Below, piece by piece: positions 20,601 through 31,900 of a DNA stretch of 64,000 nt. A program made the translations under genes and the position numbers. Below the pieces are notes generated by a model that worked only from the letters and a program-made list of their open reading frames with translations, made no database searches and was not told where the DNA came from. The first letter of the stretch is position 1, and the number at the start of each line of letters is the position of its first letter. This stretch comes from Rhynchopus sp. YZ270_cl-10 (taxonomy: Eukaryota), in the NCBI GenBank assembly GCA_964035575.1, contig OZ037839.1, forward strand, positions 248,001 through 312,000, written 5' to 3'.

Positions 20601-23600
20601 TTTTTTACCCTTCAAAATTGCATTTGAGGAACTCACAACGCGTCAAAACGAAAAGGTCGTTTTTGGCACTTTTAAAACCGGGCTCCGCTGAGTTCACCAT
20701 ATTTTTGCTCGATTTATTTAGTGGAGTAACTAATTAGTAATCGTATTCTCGGACAAAAATTCGGGACGAGGTGTTAGATAATTCCCCTGTATTTTACTAA
20801 GGGAAAATCCCTAGTAAAATACAGGCAAAAATCCAGGTAAAAATCACTTTGTCTCGATTTTTTAGTAAAAATACAGGGTGCAACGAAACCAGAAAAAAAC
20901 TTCGCCATTGGACGTTTCTGGGTTCCGAGCTTTTAACGCAAAAAAAATCTATTTTTTTTTCGCGAAATTTTTTGACTTAACACTGCTTGTGCTTAGAAAA
21001 CCCGAATTTTTTACCCTTCAAAATTGCATTTGAGGAACTCACAACGCGTCAAAACGAAAAGGTCGTTTTTGGCACTTTTAAAACCGGGCTCCGCTGAGTT
21101 CACCATATTTTTGCTCGATTTATTTAGTGGAGTAACTAATTAGTAATCGTATTCTCGGACAAAAATTCGGGACGAGGTGTTAGATAATTCCCCTGTATTT
21201 TACTAAGGGAAAATCCCTAGTAAAATACAGGCAAAAATCCAGGTAAAAATCACTTTGTCTCGATTTTTTAGCAAAAATACAGGGTGCAACGAAACCAGAA
21301 AAAAACTTCGCCATTGGACGTTTCTGGGTTCCGAGCTTTTAACGCAAAAAAAATCTATTTTTTTTTCGCGAAATTTTTTGACTTAACACTGCTTGTGCTT
21401 AGAAAACCCGAATTTTTTACCCTTCAAAATTGCATTTGAGGAACTCACAACGCGTCAAAACGAAAAGGTCGTTTTTGGCACTTTTAAAACCGGGCTCCGC
21501 TGAGTTCACCATATTTTTGCTCGATTTATTTAGTGGAGTAACTAATTAGTAATCGTATTCTCGGACAAAAATTCGGGACGAGGTGTTAGATAATTCCCCT
21601 GTATTTTACTAAGGGAAAATCCCTAGTAAAATACAGGCAAAAATCCAGGTAAAAATCACTTTGTCTCGATTTTTTAGTAAAAATACAGGGTGCAACGAAA
21701 CCAGAAAAAAACTTCGCCATTGGACGTTTCTGGGTTCCGAGCTTTTAACGCAAAAAAAATCTATTTTTTTTTCGCGAAATTTTTTGACTTAACACTGCTT
21801 GTGCTTAGAAAACCCGAATTTTTTACCCTTCAAAATTGCATTTGAGGAACTCACAACGCGTCAAAACGAAAAGGTCGTTTTTGGCACTTTTAAAACCGGG
21901 CTCCGCTGAGTTCACCATATTTTTGCTCGATTTATTTAGTGGAGTAACTAATTAGTAATCGTATTCTCGGACAAAAATTCGGGACGAGGTGTAAAAATTC
22001 TTGCTTTAATGGAATTTTTGGGCCTCAAACTCGGACATAGTAATTTTGTTCTCCAAATTTATGCTCCAAAATTTTCAGTTCAAAATCCAAAAATCCATAG
22101 GGTCCCCCCTATGGTTTTTACACAGTACACAGTACACAGTACACAGTACACAGTACACAGTACACAGTACACAGTACACAGTACACAGTACACAGTACAC
22201 AGTACACAGTACACAGTACACAGTACACAGTACACAGTACACAGTACACAGTACACAGTACACAGTACACAGTACACAGTACACAGTACACAGTACACAG
22301 TACACAGTACACAGTACACAGTACACAGTACACAGTACACAGTACACAGTACACAGTACACAGTACACAGTACACAGTACACAGTACACAGTACACAGTA
22401 CACAGTACCCAGTACCCAGTACCCAGTACCCAGTACCCAGTACCCAGTACCCAGTACCCAGTACCCAGTACCCAGTACCCAGTACCCAGTACCCAGTACC
22501 CAGTACCCAGTACCCAGTACCCAGTACCCAGTACCCAGTACCCAGTACCCAGTACCCAGTACCCAGTACCCAGTACCCAGTACCCAGTACCCAGTACCCA
22601 GTACCCAGTACCCAGTACCCAGTACCCAGTACCCAGTACCCAGTACCCAGTACCCAGTACCCAGTACCCAGTACCCAGTACCCAGTACCCAGTACCCAGT
22701 ACCCAGTACCCAGTACCCAGTACCCAGTACCCAGTACCCAGTACCCAGTACCCAGTACCCAGTACCCAGTACCCAGTACCCAGTACCCAGTACCCAGTAC
22801 CCAGTACCCAGTACCCAGTACCCAGTACCCAGTACCCAGTACCCAGTACCCAGTACCCAGTACCCAGTACCCAGTACCCAGTACCCAGTACCCAGTACCC
22901 AGTACCCAGTACCCAGTACCCAGTACCCAGTACCCAGTACCCAGTACCCAGTACAGTACAGTACAGTACAGTACAGTACAGTACAGTACAGTACAGTACA
23001 GTACAGTACAGTACAGTACAGTACAGTACAGTACAGTACAGTACAGTACAGTACAGTACAGTACAGTACAGTACAGTACAGTACAGTACAGTACAGTACA
23101 GTACAGTACAGTACAGTACAGTACAGTACAGTACAGTACAGTACAGTACAGTACAGTACAGTACAGTACAGTACAGTACAGTACAGTACAGATAAATAAT
23201 TATTCTGTGCACTGTGTGCTTTTTTGAAAAAGGAACCATTTACCACCTGATTTTTACCCCGCGTATAGGCGCGTAAAGGCCCGTACAGGTCAGTATAGGC
23301 CTAACCCCACCCATTTCCCCCAGCCTTTACGCGCTATACGCGCCTATATGCGGGGTAAAAATCAGGTGGATTTATTGGAGAGGGCCGAGTTCTCTATTTT
23401 CTTCGGGATAGGTGGAGGTTGTAAGATTCCCGGGAAGAAAACACATTGGCACATGAGTGCACAGCACCATCACAACGTATACCTCCTTGATGCGCGCGAA
23501 CAGCTTCTTCTCAAAGATGCAAAAGGACTTCTTCAGGAGTGGGTTAGGACCGTCAGGGCTGCGGCCGGGTGTGAGCTCGTAGAAGAACATCATTCCTGTA

Positions 23601-25464
23601 CGTGGGAAGTGAATACATACAATGCAACGAGGATAATTAGAAAAAAGGCCGAATCGGCCTCGCTAAGGCCGGCCCAGGCGTAATATTAGCACGCCTCAAG
23701 CCACGCCTCAGATAGATTGTCCAGACATGCCTATTTTCAGGGCGCAGTCGGCCTCGCTGCATTGTCTCAATACCTGCAGTGCTACCAGCGCACCTAGCAG
23801 CAAGCACGTTGCTACCCAGGAGCGCTGGGCACTGCTACATGCATATGGTGTACTAGGTGATACACAGAGCCCTTGGAACAGACGTAGTGGCGGTCTACGG
23901 TGTTGCATTGTGGCTCTTTTTAATGAGTTCCTTTCGCAGCAGCCTATCATGTCCACATACCATTGTCAAGCGTCACGAACGAAGGTGCCCCTGGATGCCG
24001 CAGATCACCACACTTCGACACCGTGCGGTGGTGCCTGCAGCCCCCGACGACGAAGTTGTTTTTGTTCGGCGAGCGGTCGCCGTTGCCGATGACGAAGTCG
24101 TACATGGCGAGCTCCGACTGCCGCACCATGCCGATGGCGTCTCTTGGCTCCCATGGGTCCTCTGGGCTCATATGCGTCTGCCAGGAGTCGCTGTGCGGCA
24201 CCCACGGGATGAGGAAGTCGCTCGACAACAGTGGCCGCACATCGGCGATGAAGAGCTGCACGCTCACACCAACAACTTCCTCTCCAGGAAACTCATCGTC
24301 ATCATGCACCATCCAACCTTGGTCGCGGTTGTACTTGAGAAAGTCTTTATCGACCCACTCCCTGTAGGTGTGCACATGGCTCTCCTTCGCAAAGATGTCA
24401 ATCAGTTTCATGTCGCCTGCGAACCTATCCAACATCGAATTTATCCGCTTCACGGGTACATGAGCCCATGCTGTGGGGGGGACCCTATTGGTCTGCATGA
24501 CACGGTCCGCAAAGAAGGAACCCACCTCGCTCATGGCCTCGTACTGGAAAAGCTTCTGCGGGACTTTGACGATGGCTTTGAGGCGTTTGTCTGCTTTGAA
24601 GGTGACTTTGAATTTTATGGTCCGTTCGTCGTACTTTTGTGTCATGGGGCGCATTTCGTCCCAATGCTCTGAGTCTGCTAGTAGCTTTAGACAGCGCTCG
24701 TCGTGCGCAGGGTTGAAGGGCACTGTGAACAGGTCGCACCCGGTTGCCTCGAGGAGGTCTGTGTGCGTAGAAGGTATAGGGGGGCCGTGGCAGGCGCGTG
24801 GGTGCTGGTCGGTTTTGTCTTTGAGGTGCGCGAATTTGTCGCATTTGACGCTAACCGTCTTTGCAATGCGTTCCTCAAGACTGCCAAAGTGGAGGTCCGA
24901 AACGTCGGAGTCTGCGTCCTTCACGGCGTCGCTCTCATCTTCGTTGGAGGATGACTGCCCGGAGCTGGAGCTGGCCTGATGCTCATCGCTGCTTTCTTCG
25001 TGTTTGCGGTGGTGGTGGTGGTGGTGGTGGTGGTGGTGACGGTGGTGTTTGTGTGTTTGGATGTCTTCTGCTCGGTCTTCTGTCTCCCCACTGCTGTCTG
25101 ATGCAACTGCGAGGTCCGGGAAGTCTGGGATGACCACCTTCACAGGGCGGCGGGGGCGGTGGCGTGTGGGGCGGGGTGTCGTGTCCGGGCTGTCGCTGTC
25201 GCTGCTTTCTTCGCTACTTCGGCTGTCCTCTTCACTCTCGTCTAACTTCTGTTTGGGTGTCTTCTCCCGTTGTTCCCTGCCTTGCCGTTTGAATTCGATG
25301 ACCTGCATGTTCCACACAAAGAGCACACAGCACAACGCAATCAGCACCCCAATCGCAACATAGGTGTTGCGCTGTCGTAGCGCGCGTCGTCGTGATCTGT
25401 GTGCACCCCCACCGGGCAGGTCGCGCTGCGTCTCGACTATTTTGATCTCCCGCAGGCTCACCAT
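17569..25464 (-). CDS. Fam20C/four-jointed-like secretory-pathway kinase, type II membrane protein, 595 aa; complement(join(17569..17631,17899..18006,23483..23595,23961..25464))
   Basis: N-terminal basic stretch plus TM helix (YVAIGVLIALCCVLFVW), then a Ser/acidic/His stem. Motifs KAIVK, SEVGSFFADRVMQTNRVPPT, DFVIGNGDR and LDNG parallel Fam20C. Three GT-AG introns with consistent phases (1,0,0) restore a Fam20-like C-terminus. Confidence 0.85.
17899..18006 (-). CDS. Exon 3 of the Fam20-like kinase
   Basis: (CA)n-CAG acceptor and GTATGT donor. Encodes LDERGFSDAMDAVLPKPLKKFIHHKLLRRCDKRRIK. Confidence 0.8.
18553..18869 (+). repeat. (AGTATACAC)n microsatellite, about 35 copies
   Basis: Directly visible; two AGAAAACAC variant units near the end. 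Confidence 0.95.
18884..19758 (+). repeat. (AGTAC)n microsatellite, about 175 copies
   Basis: Perfect pentamer array. Confidence 0.95.
20556..21992. repeat. Head-to-tail array of a 406-bp unit (about 3.5 copies)
   Basis: Unit starts at 20776, 21182 and 21588 (period 406). Copies are nearly identical. Confidence 0.95.
22119..23190 (+). repeat. Compound microsatellite (AGTACAC)~40-(AGTACCC)~78-(AGTAC)~48
   Basis: Abrupt unit switches at about 22404 and 22950. Confidence 0.95.
23243..23369. mobile_element. 127-bp MITE with ~33-bp TIRs and ATTTA direct repeats
   Basis: CCACCTGATTTTTACCCCGCRTATAGGCGCGTA is inverted at both ends. ATTTA lies at 23238-23242 and 23370-23374. Confidence 0.75.
23483..23595 (-). 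CDS. Exon 2 of the Fam20-like kinase
   Basis: CAG acceptor at 23596-23598 and GTATAC donor at 23482. Encodes (G)MMFFYELTPGRSPDGPNPLLKKSFCIFEKKLFARIKE. Confidence 0.85.
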
Positions 25465-26718
25465 CTCCCAGCAAAGCCCTAGGGGGAGGTGGGGGTGTGG
25501 GGGAGACGTGCCCTGTGGAGTTGCTGAAGATGCGTGGATAAGGGGCCTGGTGGGGTAGCGTGTGCTAAAAGAACATGATTCGTTTTGAGAAGGTTTATAA
25601 GATGAACCTCAGCGATGCTGAGTCACCTTGAAAAGGTTTGGTGAAAGATGACCCTTTGTGCCCTTTAGCGTTTCGTTTCGAAAGTATTTGGAAACGAAAG
25701 CGGCGTTTGGCAAAAGGCGTTGTGCCAGGTGAGACAAAAAAAAAGTTGAAAGTGCAAATGCACTGCAACCAAGTGTTCAAAGAATGATGCAACAATAGAG
25801 AGAGAGTACGCAAAGTGAAGCACAGCCTCGTGCGCTTAGCCTCCAGAGAGGAACATGGTGCGAACGCCTCGACGGACGCAGGCACAAAAATGGAAATAAC
25901 AAATTCATATACTTTCAAATAAAATTTGAAAGCATTAGGGAAGTGTATAAAAAACAACAACAACCCATCTTTTTTTTTTTTTAATTCCTTGTTGCAAAAA
26001 TGTGAAAGGGGAAAAATAAACTGTTTCCTTGCATAAATTGAAACTTTCAGTAGATTGGTTTCGAACTTTTACCCTGTTTCAGTCTTAAGAATTATACAGT
26101 AGTATTCAAAAGGGAAATAAAAATTTTTGACTTTGAAAGCAATAAAAAAAAGTCCGTGCAGTGGACCTGGACATAAATAAAATCTGAAAGAATTGCACCC
26201 CTCCCTATGCACACAACAGAGAAAGTGATCAGCGTGGGAGAGACGGAAAAATACCCACAACGGTGTTCTAAAAAACAAAAAAACACAATAAAGAACGAAG
26301 CTTCTGAGAACAGTGATCTGATGAGAACCAAAAGCAAAAAAAGAGACGTTAAAAGCACAAGCGCCTCACCGTTCATCGGCAGAGGCACTTGCCCCGCTAC
26401 CCAACATACACCAGGCACCAGGGCCGGCAACTCACGAACGTAAGAACCCCATCTACCCTACCCCTCCCTCCTGCCCCCCCTTCCCACTGAGAATAACCAC
26501 GCCTGACGCTAACCATCATTTCCATCCCACGGAAAATGGCTTTCCCCTCAAAAAACCATCAACCCACCATCATCCGAAAACCCAAAAAGATAGCATCAGG
26601 ACTGGAGAACACTACTGCGACAACACTCTCCCCCTCTTCTATGAAGGTAGTGCCTAGGGAGGCCCTCCTCCTCATCCTCCATGATCTTCGTTGCTTCTGT
26701 ATCCGAAGGCGGCTCACT

Positions 26719-26985
26719 TCACCGAGTCCACAGAAGCGTGGAGAGGGTGTGAGGCCACTTGCTTGTTGTGTTAGGGTCGCACTGCATTGAAGAGGATGAG
26801 TGGACATCATGTGGCGGTTGTGTCATGTCGGTGTCGATGTCCATCATCATTGATGGAGTGTGGGCCGGCTCGTGGGTGTTGGTGTTCCTGCGTTTGCAGG
26901 GCTGTACGGTGCTGGTGTGCTCGGAGAGGGAGAAGGCACGCTTCCGTGGGCAAGGCAGTGCATTGCAAGGCTCAAACGCAAGCAT
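26719..26985 (-). CDS. Hypothetical 88-aa protein with a bipartite NLS-like motif
   Basis: ATG-initiated ORF in a GC-richer island, co-oriented with its neighbours. RKR...KRR and MDID motifs. Upstream AG acceptor candidates. No recognisable domain. Confidence 0.45.
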   Translation of the reverse strand: MLAFEPCNALPCPRKRAFSLSEHTSTVQPCKRRNTNTHEPAHTPSMMMDIDTDMTQPPHDVHSSSSMQCDPNTTSKWPHTLSTLLWTR

Positions 26986-28959
26986 TTGAAAGGGGGATAT
27001 GGGTGTGTTGTGTTTTGCCTGTTATTGAGGAGCATTGGGGGATCATTGCCAGAAAGAGATGTTCGAGTAAGCTTCCCTGTAGTCTATGTGTAGAGGTACA
27101 CTGCGACCTCGAGGGGTGGCAAATGTGATGCAGATGTGTTTTTTGCCAACGGAATTAGAGTGGGCAACGGCCTGAACGGAGTATAGCCCACTGATGCAGC
27201 ATGAGTGTGTGTTTGACAACTAATTATTAACTAGGGGGGTAATTCTTGTGCAGAATGTGTCCCCAATGCAGATGTGTGTGTATGGTAACTTGGTAGGGAA
27301 AAAAGATGCCATATGGAGGGGAAGGGGAGAGGAGGAGGAGGGGATATATATTCTTTATTTTGCTATGTTTGACATTTCTTTTGTGTTCTGTTGGTGCGCT
27401 TTGTTCACACACAGAGACACCCCCCTTTTTGTATTACTATTTTTTTTTTCGTTTTCACAGACCCACCCCCTCCACCCTACCCCATGACCCCTCCCCGCCC
27501 GCTGCGAATATGTTTTTCCACATATTGTTTTTGGCCAAAAAAGGAGAAAATGTTGAGAACATAAATCATCCGGTCGGCCTGTGTGTTGAATGACACATAC
27601 TGTTTTTTTTTGAAAATCTGATAAAAGGTTATAGCCACGTCACAAAAAAGTGGTCTTGGCACGCAAAAGTGGTTCTAGCAACAGAGATAAGGGTTTTTTG
27701 CTTCCCCCACTCACGAAAAAGTCTCTAGGGGCAATTCTAAGCACCCAAGGCAAAAACATTTGCCGGGCAAAAGGAAGGTTTTTTTTTTTTTTTACTGGTT
27801 TTCTTCCTTGCTTTCGTATTTTTTGTTTTCTTTATCTATGTGGATGGAAGGTTTTTTTTTGAGTGACAACATGTCACCGCTAAAATAAAAGAAAGTAAAA
27901 GAAAAGTTTTTTTTATGTGAACCTAAGCCTCTCTGTGCTTAGTCACGAATAAAAATTGGTATTCTTTGGGTTAAAAATTAAAGCGAATTTATGGAGTGGG
28001 TTGGAAACCCAACTTGCCGGGGGGTCGTGGGGGGAAATTCTGCGTGCACAGCACTATCACCTTTCTTTGCTTTTTTTGTTTTTGTTTGTTTTTTTGTGAG
28101 TGTGACGGGGGGGAGAGATAGTTGATCTTATTACAAAAAAAATCAGTTATGTTTTTTGTTCGCATTTTGTGGTGTCATTTTTTCACATATTTTTTTGTTA
28201 ACTGCTTCGTATTGCTATTCTTCATGAGACACACCATTTTCTTTTTCCTTCCTTCAAAACTTCACACACCCTGAAGCACCCTGAAAATGGCGGGTCAAAG
28301 TTATTTCATCTACTTTCTATTCTACTGAATAGAAGGTAAAATAGGGTTCACTAAAAAAATATTTTCATCATATGCAAAAAAAAGAAAAAAACTGGGGAAC
28401 TGGGGACATGCACAGTACAAATACAAGAAAAGTGAATTTACAGCAAGGTGCCTGACCATGCAGGCGCCCGGGCGGATGCAAGTTGCACCCCTCGTACTTA
28501 AAGGCACTTCAAGTATTTCAACATATGCAATCAATACATTGATAGCATAGGAGGAGGGATCAACAAAAATGTTCCCGTCTTCCTTTTCAAATAAAAATTG
28601 CGGCAAAAAAAAAGAAGAAGAAATCAAAAATGGCTGACTCGGAGGCTAGAACAAGGGTTATTTTTCTTGTGAGAATTTCTTAGAAACTAAAAAAAAAAAA
28701 GGGCGAAAAAAGCTCTCAGATATGCACAGAACTATTAAAACGAATTTCTGTCACTAATTTTTTGTTTTTTTGTGGTACACATACATAAATTATCCTTTTA
28801 AAAAAAGGGGTCTTTCAACTGAATATATCTAGGTTGGGTACGTTAGGTACCCCAAAAACTAAAAGGCTTTTTAATTATCCCATCCCACCTTGGACAGCAC
28901 AACAAACACTGAATTGTCAAACAACCTCAAAGACACTGCAGCACATTACACCCCATCAC

Positions 28960-31900
28960 TCACCCCTGCTGCCGCGCTTCCGATGCCTCTCCTGTCCGTC
29001 TTTGCAGCATCGAACTGTGTCTCGCGAGACCACGCTGCGTGCCTGGACTCATTGCCGTACCTACTACTCCACCTGCTCCACCTGCACCACCACCTCCACT
29101 ACTGCCACGCATCCACTTCGTAAGCGATGTTGCCTGCTTGCCAGTTTTCTGCGCTGCACTGAGGAGGGTGGACATGACACCCTTCTCTGCTTCGTCTTCC
29201 AAAGCTTTGATCCGCTTTTTGTGGTGCACAAGCTGGTCCTGCATGAGTGAAGAGTGGGCACGCGCTTCCCGAGATTCCGCTGTCGCAGTGAGGAGACGGT
29301 GCGCAAGGTCCTCACTGCCCTCTGTGATGCGCGAGAGCTGTAGGTGGCGCAGCTCCCCTTCGAGCTGGATCTTCTCCCTCTTGAGACCGTTGATGAAGAC
29401 TGCCCCGACGTCGGCCTCACTGCGCGCTGCGAGGTAGCGCCGCATCCACTCCACCGTCGCTGCTGCCGCGACACTGGACGAAGTGGCTTGTCTGCCTAAC
29501 GCAGCCGTCATCGCCTGCAGATCTCTGATCTCACTGTTCTTCCCATCTGCCAAGGCACGCAACTCTGCCACCTGCGCCTCATATCTTTGTACCCTCTCAT
29601 CCAGCGAGCTGCCCTCTGCACAGACATGAGTATCAATCTCCTCCTGCAGTCGTGCTGCCAAGGCTCGTTGTCTTTCGCCCTCCTCGAAGGCTTCGTCCAA
29701 GACGGAGAAGGGTACCCGTGTGTCGTAGTCCTCTTGAAGTGCGGAGAGCTCGGCGCGCAGTGTGTTGTTCTGTGTGGTCAGCTCGGCGGTGTGTGTAGTG
29801 GCGTCTGCGAGGGCGGCCTCGCAGGATTGCAAGCGGGTTTGGAGGGAGGCGTGCTCACGGGCAAGGATGTGCTGTTCGATGGTGTGGGTTTCTTCTTCGA
29901 TGGTAGGGCTGGCGCGTCTGGGTATGTGTGCTTCTGGTGACGCGCTGCGTGAAGGTGCGCGGAGGGATGCATCGCTGCGTCCCAGCAAGGAGCCCTCCAT
30001 CTGCAGTGCTGTGTATTCGTCGGTGATGCGGCTGAGCTCCTCTACCAGGTCTGCCTCCTTGCGGATCTTGCTTGCAATGACGCCCGCGTTGGCGGTATTG
30101 ATACGGCGCAGTGTCTTCACCTCCTCCTTCAGCTGTTGGGTAGCTTCAGACGTCAACTCCGGTGCGGCCCGCAGCTCTGCAATCTCTGCGTCACGTGTCT
30201 GCAGTAGTTGCATGCATCTGTCCAGCTCGTCGCCCAGCTCGTCGGCTTCTCGCAGCTCCTCCTCTGTTTCCTCAAGCGCAACGGAAAGGGAGCGTGCCCG
30301 GGCAACGTGCTCCTCCTCGCGCTCAAGGAGTTCGTTGATTTCGCCCTGTAAGAGGCAAGTGCTTTGGACCACCTTCTCGAGCTCTTTGTAAGGCATCGAG
30401 CCTGAGCGGTTCTTAAGCGTAGCAACCTCCTGCTGGGAGAGTGCGAGCGCAGACTCGGTGTCGAGGCGGCGTTCGCGTTCGAGAGACAGAAGCTCCTGCT
30501 GTGCGGAGTGGATGTCGTCAGCGATGCGGGTGTCGGTGTCGGTGCTTTCCTCGCCGTCGCTTGTTGTCATCGTGCCTGCACCGTCGAGGAGACGTGATGC
30601 TGCGTCTGCGAGGGCCTGGCGGAGGCTGTCCACCTCAGCGCGCAGTGCCCTGTTCGCATCTTCAGTAGCTTCGATGTTGCTTGTCGCAGTGTCCGCTATC
30701 TCCTCTTGGTAGTCTGCAAACTCCTGCTGCAGACTGCCGATGCTGCTCTCGAGGCGTCGGATCTGGTCCTGCTGTGCCACGTTGCGTGCTTTGTGCTGCC
30801 CAGTCTCGCGCTTCTCCTGCTCAAGCAGTGTTTCGTAACGCCGCACAGCCGCGTCCAAGGCTGCAGCCAAGAGGCTGTGCTCACGTACCGTGCACGTCTC
30901 CTCCTCCACAGCAGCGCTGCGCTCGGCAGTCAGCTCTGCCACCCTGAGGCGCAGCTCGGCAGCACCGTGCGACGCTTCGACAGCATCCTCGCTGCACTCT
31001 GCAAGGCGGTGCTCGAGGGTGGCGATGGTGTTCAGAAGGCTTGAGTCGTTTGCGCTGTCCTCCGGCTCGTTGCCTGCCCGCGGTGTTGTGATGTCGCGCA
31101 GCTCCGTCACTTCGGCCGTCAGCTCGGCCACGCGTAGGCGCATCTCAGCAGCAGCGTGGGGGTCGTGCGACGCAGACACCTCGTCACCCCTGACATCGGC
31201 AGCAGTGCACAGCACACTCTCGGATACTTGCAGATGCACGGGGGCCACGTCCGCTCTCGTCTCAGTCAACTCTTGTTGCTGCGTCTGCTCCTGTGTGCGT
31301 AGTGTGGCAGTGGACTCCATGTTGCTGATGCGCTGCTGAAGACCTGCCTGCTCTGCAACAGCTGCACGGCGCACCTCTTCTGCCTCGTCACGTTCACGCA
31401 GGCTCTCCTCCACACGTGTCTGCATGTCTGTCATCTGTTGCTTAAGTGCCTCACGTTCTGCCAGCTGTTCTGAGTCTCTGTGCTCACGTGCCTGCTCCTG
31501 TGCATCTGCAGCTTCCGTCAGCTCCACCACACGTGCACGCAGATCCTCAACTTCGCCAGAATAATCCACACCAACAACTGAACTCTGCGAGAACGTCTCC
31601 TGCAAAACAACATCACTGTGTGCAGCAACCTGCTCCAACACCTGCACAGTGTGAAGCTCTTCAGAATGAAGGTCGACAGGAGTGGCAGCTGTCTGTGTCT
31701 CAAGTGACGCAGACGTGTGCACATCACTGCTCACACGCAGCACACTCTCGGACTCGTGCAACTCCACAGCCACATCTGCAACAACAGGGCAGCTTGTCTG
31801 GTGCTCAGAAGCATTGAGACTTGCACGTTCCACCGTTGCTGCTTCCATCTGTAGCACCAAGTTAGCATGCGATGCAGCTTCAAACACGTGAAGCTGCACA

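Noticed and set aside
20556..21992. Possible CRISPR-like array
   Set aside because: Units are near-identical 406-bp copies with no unique spacers, and there are no cas genes.
14517..23246. Long ORFs such as (PVPSTQY)n, (YCTVL)n and (HSI)n
   Set aside because: They arise from stop-free microsatellites and are open in several frames on both strands. Most lie in an intron or a transposon.
23947..23960. C-terminus MWT-stop of the 505-aa kinase ORF
   Set aside because: This is read-through into intron 1; a GTATGT donor sits at 23960.
26596..26721. UGA read-through or selenocysteine in the 88-aa ORF (40 further open codons)
   Set aside because: That length is expected by chance, and there is no redox motif or recognisable SECIS.
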